The notes under the pieces were generated by a model. It was not told the DNA's origin. It did no database searches and saw only the letters and a list, made by a program, of their open reading frames with translations. A stretch of DNA of 59,235 nucleotides. Origin: Chloroflexota bacterium. Lineage in GTDB: Bacteria > Chloroflexota > Dehalococcoidia > Dehalococcoidales > JAUVZV01. Positions within the stretch are counted from its first letter, which is position 1. The number at the start of each line of letters is the position of its first letter. The DNA is taken from the NCBI GenBank assembly GCA_030602375.1, contig JAUVZV010000002.1:1-59235 (forward strand), read 5' to 3'. Of this stretch, positions 53,699-59,235 are shown piece after piece. Both the position numbers and the translations under genes were made by a program.

Positions 53699-54292
53699 TT
53701 AACTAGCTCTTGTTTGCTGCCAGATATAAAATAATCGCTGCCCAAAGGTTAAAAAACTCAAAAAGGCGATGATAGCAAGAGCAATAACTATTTGATTTAG
53801 CAAAAGACCCAGTGCCAGCACAATAACCCTCTCCGCCCGAGTAAATAGCCCCAACTGACACTCCAGACCAAGTGCCTCCGCTCGAGCCCGGAGGTAGCTC
53901 ACCAGTGGTGAAAAAATCAAAGCCAGGCAAACAAGTAAGATTAAAGTAGCTGACTGGCTCCCAGAATATAAATACCAGCCTAAAATCCCCAGCAGCAGCA
54001 CTGCCTCGGATAATCGGTCAAGCACCGAGTCAAGGATACCACCAAAACGGGTAATCCGACCGGTGTAGCGAGCCAGTGCCCCATCAAGCATATCAAAAAA
54101 GCCGGCAAAAAGCACCATAAATCCAGCAGCCAGAAGGTGTCCGGTTAAAATAAGTGCTGCCGCCCCCACCGTCACCAAGAAACCAAACCAGCTCAGGGTA
54201 TCAGGCCTTATCGGGGTCTTAGCCAGAAGCCGTACCGCCGGTTCGGTAAAATAATAAGCTAGCGACTTACGAACTTCAGAGAACCTTACCAT
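53699..54292 (-). CDS. CDP-alcohol phosphatidyltransferase (phosphatidylinositol-phosphate-synthase-like)
   Basis: The exact family signature DMLDGALARYTGRITRFGGILDSVLDRL (D-x2-DG-x2-AR-x8-G-x3-D-x3-D) is present. The protein is 197 aa and polytopic. Confidence 0.8.
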   Translation of the reverse strand: MVRFSEVRKSLAYYFTEPAVRLLAKTPIRPDTLSWFGFLVTVGAAALILTGHLLAAGFMVLFAGFFDMLDGALARYTGRITRFGGILDSVLDRLSEAVLLLGILGWYLYSGSQSATLILLVCLALIFSPLVSYLRARAEALGLECQLGLFTRAERVIVLALGLLLNQIVIALAIIAFLSFLTFGQRLFYIWQQTRAS

Positions 54293-54336
54293 TAAACACT
54301 ACTTTTCTTAGAAACAATTGCTATATTATTTTCTAA

Positions 54337-55509
54337 TTAAATCAAAACCGGCGTCGCTTTAAGGGGAGGGGACTTCTTATTCCACGGAGGCTCACTTAAC
54401 ACCCTCGTATAATAGCGAAGTACCCTTTTAGCGATGTTTCCCCAGTTATAATCCCTCGCCTTAATTATGCCTCGGGAACCCATTTGTTGCCGCAATGCCT
54501 CATCTTTAAGCAGAGAAATTAAGGCTTGAGCCAGTGCGTCAACATCCTTCGGCGGCACCAGTAACCCTTCAGCCCCGTGACTTAAGACACCGGCATAACC
54601 CTTGATATTCGAAGCAACAACCGGGGTACCAACCGCCATCGCCTCAAGCAGAACTATGCCAAAGCTCTCATGACCCAGCGCCGGGGCACAAAAAACATCA
54701 GCCGCCTTATAGTACCTGGGCAATTCGCTACCTCGGACATAGCCGACAAAAACAACATCCTCAAGCCGACTCCTCTTAACCTGTTTTTCATACTTGCGTC
54801 GTAGCCTGGTGCCCGGGCCAACTACGATGAGACGAGAGTTCGGTATTTCCTGTTTAACCAGCTGGTAAGCTTTAAGGAGGTAACTCAAGCCTTTTCGCTT
54901 TTCCAAGCGACCGACAAATAAGATATTAAGCTTCCCGTCATCGAATCCATCAATGGGAGACACCTTAGGAGAGAAAAGCCCAAGGTCAATGCCATTAGGG
55001 ATTATATTGTAATAGCCATGTATATATTTACTGGCAAACTCCATGGCTGCCCTTGAGACAGCAATCTTGCCAGTGAGCTTGCGGGCACGCCTTTTCAGCA
55101 TTATGCTACTAATCGGCTTACCAAAGTCATATCCCGGTCTACCCTCGCAGGCATGAAAGGTGCCCACATTAGCAATATTTGAAAAGCGCAGCACCGCCGA
55201 ACACAGCATGGGCATAAAAGGCTCGTGAAGGTGAATAATATCAAAGTTTTCTCTAGCTAGTACCCTTTTTATGGTGGAACCCAAGTTCAATGATAGGGTA
55301 ATGCGACAGATTGAGCCACTAGATGGTACCGGACGGGGTTTACCAATCGGTATAAATCTATCACCGAAAACGGAAACAGCTTTTGAGGCCGGGGCAATCA
55401 CCTTGACCTCATGACCCAGCTTGGTAAACTGGCGCTCAAGACATGAGATATGGTGGACAACACCACCCGGGTAAGCAAAATCATAAGGTGAGACCAATGC
55501 TATCTTCAT
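54337..55509 (-). CDS. GT4-family (GT-B) glycosyltransferase, PimA-like
   Basis: The N-terminus is MKIALVSPYDFAYPGGVVHHI. The E-x7-E region is HESFGIVLLEAMAVGTPVV. Confidence 0.8.
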   Translation of the reverse strand: MKIALVSPYDFAYPGGVVHHISCLERQFTKLGHEVKVIAPASKAVSVFGDRFIPIGKPRPVPSSGSICRITLSLNLGSTIKRVLARENFDIIHLHEPFMPMLCSAVLRFSNIANVGTFHACEGRPGYDFGKPISSIMLKRRARKLTGKIAVSRAAMEFASKYIHGYYNIIPNGIDLGLFSPKVSPIDGFDDGKLNILFVGRLEKRKGLSYLLKAYQLVKQEIPNSRLIVVGPGTRLRRKYEKQVKRSRLEDVVFVGYVRGSELPRYYKAADVFCAPALGHESFGIVLLEAMAVGTPVVASNIKGYAGVLSHGAEGLLVPPKDVDALAQALISLLKDEALRQQMGSRGIIKARDYNWGNIAKRVLRYYTRVLSEPPWNKKSPPLKATPVLI

Positions 55510-55560
55510 CAGCTAGCTATCTAAAACCCCTTCATTGCCAAAATAATCTTTTAGCTTGGT

Positions 55561-56634
55561 TTATTGACCACTAGCAATGAACTCTTCCACCAGGCGACGG
55601 GCTTCATCATCAGTATATTGAACGGGTGGTGACTTCATAAAATAGGCAGAGGGACCAAGTAGCGCCCCTTTGAGTCCCCGGTCTAAGGCAAGTTTGCAGC
55701 ACCTTATGGCATCAATGACCACCCCGGCTGAGTTGGGAGAATCCCAAACCTCAAGTTTTACTTCCACATTTAAGGGAACATCACCAAAGTTTTGCCCTTC
55801 CATCCTGATATGGCAAAACTTGCGGTCCAGAAGCCAGGGGACATAGTCACTGGGGCCAACATGGATATCATCGGGAGAAAGCTCATAATCTAGCTGAGAA
55901 GTAACGGCATTGGTTTTGGATATTTTCTTGGATTCAAGACGCTCCCGCTCCAGCATATTATAAAAGTCGGTGTTACCCCCAAAGTTTAGCTGGTAGGTTC
56001 GCTCAAGTTTCACACCACGGTCTCTAAATAGCCTGGTTAAGACACGATGGATAATAGTTGCCCCTACCTGAGATTTGATATCATCACCAATAATCGGCAG
56101 TCCTTTCTCAATAAAACGATGCTGCCAGTACTTCTCACGAGCAATAAAAACCGGAATACAGTTAATAAAGCCACAACCAGCAGCCAGCACCTGCTCAATA
56201 TACCACTTGGTTGCCTCCTCAGAACCAACCGGCAGATAATTAACCACGATATCGGTCTGGGTTTCCTTAAGCACTTTGACGATGTCAGCAGTGGGGCCAG
56301 GTGCCTTCTCAATTATCTGGGACAAATACTTTCCCAAACCATCATGGGTCATACCCCGCTGCACCTTAACACCGGTATTCGGCACCTCACAAAACTTAAA
56401 AGTATTGTTCGGGGAGGTAAAGATTGCCTTAGAGAGGTCTTTACCAACCTTATTCTTATCAATATCAAAGGCAGCAACGAAATTTACATCACTTATATAA
56501 TACCCACCCAGATTAACATGCATCAGACCAGGCACGAATTCGTCTTCCTTTGCCTTAGTGTAGTAACAAACGCCTTGAACCAGCGATGAGGCACAGTTGC
56601 CGACTCCGATTATGGCTACATTTATGTTACCCAA
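55561..56634 (-). CDS. ino1: myo-inositol-1-phosphate synthase
   Basis: 357 aa with a TTG start. The N-terminus is [17 protein letters not shown], and the overall pattern matches bacterial/archaeal MIPS (..[12 protein letters not shown]..). Confidence 0.8.
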   Translation of the reverse strand: MGNINVAIIGVGNCASSLVQGVCYYTKAKEDEFVPGLMHVNLGGYYISDVNFVAAFDIDKNKVGKDLSKAIFTSPNNTFKFCEVPNTGVKVQRGMTHDGLGKYLSQIIEKAPGPTADIVKVLKETQTDIVVNYLPVGSEEATKWYIEQVLAAGCGFINCIPVFIAREKYWQHRFIEKGLPIIGDDIKSQVGATIIHRVLTRLFRDRGVKLERTYQLNFGGNTDFYNMLERERLESKKISKTNAVTSQLDYELSPDDIHVGPSDYVPWLLDRKFCHIRMEGQNFGDVPLNVEVKLEVWDSPNSAGVVIDAIRCCKLALDRGLKGALLGPSAYFMKSPPVQYTDDEARRLVEEFIASGQ

Positions 56635-56670
56635 GATTCAACTCTTCTCCCTGTTTTAGCACTGGTTGAA

Positions 56671-56700
56671 ACTATATTCCTATTATATGCAAGCTGTCAA
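56671..56700 (-). promoter_or_regulatory. sigma70-like promoter (TTGACA-18-TATAGT) for the inositol-lipid cluster
   Basis: The minus strand reads TTGACA gcttgcatataataggaa TATAGT, about 35 nt upstream of the TTG at 56634. Confidence 0.4.
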
Positions 56701-56743
56701 GCCCACTTAAATACACTTGCTTAATATAGAAGCTCAATTGGGG

Positions 56744-57679
56744 CTATTTGACACCCTGTAGAAATACCTTCTCCGGCTGCCACTGCCCGCTTTCGGCCTT
56801 GAAGCGCAACATACCAACAAAGCAACCATCAGGGGTATAAGCACGGCAATAGTCGTCAAAAGAGGATAAGCTTGAAGGAAATTGAGCGTCACCGGTGCTA
56901 CTATCACCCGTATTCTCGAGAACTACCGGGCGTCCCTGCTTAATGGACTGTGCGGTCTTGTTACTGACAACTACCGCCGCCCAGGACAAAAGCACCGTGT
57001 CAATGGGGTAAACAAAACGTTGCCAGTACCCCGAACGAAAGGCATCATCAAACTGGGACAGCGAAATAGCCTCCTTAATATCAAAAATACCGTAGCTTAA
57101 ACGGATTAGGCCCTTAAGGTAAGCCCCGCAACCGAGAGACCGTCCCAAGTCATGCGCCAGCGAACGGATATAGGTACCCTTACCGCAGACAACTTCTATG
57201 GTAGCCACCGGTAGAGTGAAGTCTATAAGCTCAATCTTGTAGATTTTAGCTGGCCGGCTTTTCCTTTTAACGCTAATGCCGGCTCGTGCCAACTGGTAGA
57301 GGGGCTTACCCCGATACTTTATGGCACTATACATCGGAGGAGTCTGCCGGATAAGGCCAGAGAAAGAATTAAGTGCTGACCCTAGTTTTTCTCTATTAAT
57401 TCCAGAAATATCTCCCTTAAAGGTAACCTTGCCCTCGCTGTCATAGGTATCGGTAGCCACTCCCAGCTCAACTTGAGCTCGGTAAGTCTTCGCAGCACTA
57501 GCTAAAAACTCGATAACCCGCGTCCCCTGCCCCAAGCAAACCGGCAAAACGCCTGAAGCTTGTGGGTCTAGGGTACCAGCATGCCCCACCCGGCGCTCGG
57601 CAGAAAGACGCTTCACCCAAGCCACTACTTCGGCGGAGGTCTTGCCAGGAGGCTTGTTAATATTCAGAATACCGTCCAT
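56744..57679 (-). CDS. truB: tRNA pseudouridine(55) synthase
   Basis: MDGILNINKPPGKTS and GHAGTLDPQASGVLPV. I prefer ATG 57679; the track's TTG is at 57682. Confidence 0.9.
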   Translation of the reverse strand: MDGILNINKPPGKTSAEVVAWVKRLSAERRVGHAGTLDPQASGVLPVCLGQGTRVIEFLASAAKTYRAQVELGVATDTYDSEGKVTFKGDISGINREKLGSALNSFSGLIRQTPPMYSAIKYRGKPLYQLARAGISVKRKSRPAKIYKIELIDFTLPVATIEVVCGKGTYIRSLAHDLGRSLGCGAYLKGLIRLSYGIFDIKEAISLSQFDDAFRSGYWQRFVYPIDTVLLSWAAVVVSNKTAQSIKQGRPVVLENTGDSSTGDAQFPSSLSSFDDYCRAYTPDGCFVGMLRFKAESGQWQPEKVFLQGVK

Positions 57680-57690
57680 CAAGCCTCATA

Positions 57691-58047
57691 TCAGTCAGGG
57701 GTACTATCAGCCCTAACCCTTTCAATTAACCGCAGGAGGTGGTCCCCCCGCTCAATAGAATCATCCCAGTGAAAGGTCAGTTCGGGGATATGCCGTAACT
57801 TCAAGCGTTTGGTCAGCTCACCTCGCAAGAAACCTGAGGCACCAGCAAGTACGCTCAAGAGCTCTTCCTTTCTCACCTCGCTACTGATAGAGCTGACAAA
57901 TATTTTGGCACCGCGTAAATCAGGAGAGGTTGAGACCTTGGTTACAGTAATAAAACCGCCAAGTCGGGGGTCTTTGACTTGGCGCTGTAGTAACTGGCTA
58001 ATTTCGCGACGCAGGAGATTATTCACCCGTTCAATACGATGCGCCAC
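57691..58047 (-). CDS. rbfA: ribosome-binding factor A
   Basis: The GTG start follows GGAGGAC. The sequence reads RIERVNNLLRREISQLL..DPRLG.ITVT.V..S.DL..AK. Confidence 0.9.
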   Translation of the reverse strand: MAHRIERVNNLLRREISQLLQRQVKDPRLGGFITVTKVSTSPDLRGAKIFVSSISSEVRKEELLSVLAGASGFLRGELTKRLKLRHIPELTFHWDDSIERGDHLLRLIERVRADSTPD

Positions 58048-58070
58048 AACCGTCCTCCGTAAAAACCATC

Positions 58071-59235
58071 CTACTTAACTTGCTTCCGATAGAGCTCTAG
58101 AATATCGCCAACTTCAAAGTCATTGAAGCCCTCGACACCCACACCACACTCGTATCCAGCGGCTACTTCCTTGACATCATCTTTAAAACGCCTCAAACTG
58201 CTGACCGTAGAATCACTCACTACCTCCCCTTGTCGCCATACCCTAACCAAGGCGCCGCGGCTTACCTTGCCCTCGCTAACATTGACACCAGCTATTTTGG
58301 TTTTCCTGACCGCAGTGAAAATAGCCCTAACCTCAGCACGCCCTTCAGCAACATCAACATAAGTGGGCTCAAGCATACCTTTAAGTGCCTTACCTACATC
58401 ATCCACAAGCTCATAAATCACATTGTAAAAACGGATGCCAATACCTTCAATATCAGCCAGCTGCCGCGCTCCGGCCTCACTGCCGGTACCAAAACCAATA
58501 ATAAGCCCCTTGGAGGCAATAGCTAACATGACATCACTCTCAGTAACATTACCACTACCAACATGGATAACCCTGACCTGGACTTCATCTACCCCCAGTT
58601 GCTCCAGAGAACTTCTTATCGGCTCAATACTGCCTTCAACATCAGTTTTGAGAATAATATTGAGCTCCTTCACCTCGCCGGTACTTATTCGGTCATGCAG
58701 ATTAGAAAGGCTTAAGGGTCTTGCCGACGAAGCACGTTTTTGCGCCTCAAGCTTGTGCTTTTCAATTAGAGTTTTTGCCTGCTGCTCACCGGCGACAGCA
58801 TTTAAGGTATCCCCCGCCTGAGGTACACTGCCCAGTCCGAGAATCTCAACTGGCATCGCCGGCTCAGCCTTCCTCATCTGCTTACCAATATCATTAAACA
58901 TAGCCTTTACCCTGCCCCAGGTTTCTCCTACCACAACAGTATCGCCAATCCTTAAGGTCCCCTCATGAATCAGCGCTGTAGCTAGTGGCCCCTTGGTCTT
59001 GTCCATCTTGGCTTCAATAACTACCCCCACCGCAGGTCGAGACGGGTTAGCTTTAAGCTCTTCCATCTCGGCTACAATGAGAAGGTTTTCCAGCAGTTCC
59101 GAGATGCCTTGCTTTTCCTTGGCTGAAATCTGGCAGCATATTGTGTCCCCACCCCAGTCCTCACAAACTAGCTCGTTATCAGCCAGTTGCTTTTTAACCA
59201 GCTCCGGGTTGGCGTTGGGCTTATCAATCTTATTA
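58071..59235 (-). CDS. infB: translation initiation factor IF-2, C-terminal part (5' end outside the window)
   Basis: The reading frame is open to the window edge, in phase from 59234. My translation of 59234-59067 gives NKIDKPNANPELVKKQLADNELVCEDWGGDTICCQISAKEKQGISELLENLLIVAE. This is followed by the track ORF (…VGVVIEAKMDKTKGP…). Confidence 0.95.
   Translation of the reverse strand, partial: NKIDKPNANPELVKKQLADNELVCEDWGGDTICCQISAKEKQGISELLENLLIVAEMEELKANPSRPAVGVVIEAKMDKTKGPLATALIHEGTLRIGDTVVVGETWGRVKAMFNDIGKQMRKAEPAMPVEILGLGSVPQAGDTLNAVAGEQQAKTLIEKHKLEAQKRASSARPLSLSNLHDRISTGEVKELNIILKTDVEGSIEPIRSSLEQLGVDEVQVRVIHVGSGNVTESDVMLAIASKGLIIGFGTGSEAGARQLADIEGIGIRFYNVIYELVDDVGKALKGMLEPTYVDVAEGRAEVRAIFTAVRKTKIAGVNVSEGKVSRGALVRVWRQGEVVSDSTVSSLRRFKDDVKEVAAGYECGVGVEGFNDFEVGDILELYRKQVK

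Noticed and set aside
56047-56589. 180-aa ORF antisense to ino1, with similar antisense ORFs at 20838-21565, 2586-3071 and 37617-37997
   Set aside because: All are embedded antisense within well-supported genes. They have no SD sites and no family resemblance, so I treat them as frame artefacts.
1-59235. CRISPR arrays, IS elements, prophage, toxin-antitoxin or restriction-modification genes
   Set aside because: I scanned intergenic regions and ORF translations. I found no regularly spaced direct repeats, no transposase/integrase/recombinase-like ORFs and no recognisable defence gene sets. The only helicase has a housekeeping context.

Overview
Dense bacterial chromosomal window with about 55 protein-coding genes, mid-GC by eye (not computed). 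I could not recognise any rRNA, tRNA, CRISPR array, transposase or integrase. The gene content is AOR, a 4-subunit 2-oxoacid:ferredoxin oxidoreductase, IorA, radical-SAM enzymes, lipoproteins with Pro/Thr linkers and no outer-membrane functions. This suggests an anaerobic monoderm such as a Chloroflexota/Dehalococcoidia-like organism, which is inference only.

Layout:
(i) 1-25.2 kb is a catabolic supercluster. It holds an AOR fragment, two tandem arylsulfotransferase-like beta-propellers, a TRAP transporter, two enolase-superfamily genes each paired with a URO-D-like gene, a 4-subunit OFOR, two IlvD/Edd dehydratases, an orphan IorA, a GlcD/GlcF-like 2-hydroxyacid dehydrogenase and a split UxaA/SuyAB-like lyase.
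(ii) 25.4-41.1 kb is an accessory-looking block. It holds a haloalkane-dehalogenase-like hydrolase translationally coupled to an unknown ORF, a possibly frameshifted mini-lipoprotein, and two inverted fabF paralogues, one preceded by an overlapping small HTH gene. It also holds a 777-aa membrane-embedded spermidine-synthase-like protein and a five-gene operon. That operon encodes two membrane-anchored PflA/AmrS-type radical-SAM paralogues, a DnaJ-type zinc-finger protein, a NapH-like polyferredoxin and a CcdA/DsbD-like protein, and is my best candidate for an undescribed system. The block ends with a divergent PckA, a GNAT, a QueG/RdhA-like Fe-S protein and MtaB.
(iii) 41.1-59.2 kb is housekeeping. 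It holds recJ, lgt, a DUF1998 helicase, DUF503, rpsO-pnp-dapB-asd-dapA, purA, an inositol-phospholipid cluster (ino1, GT4, CDP-alcohol phosphatidyltransferase), truB, rbfA and an infB fragment.

All functional calls rest on motif and family recognition by eye from the supplied translations. No database search was run.
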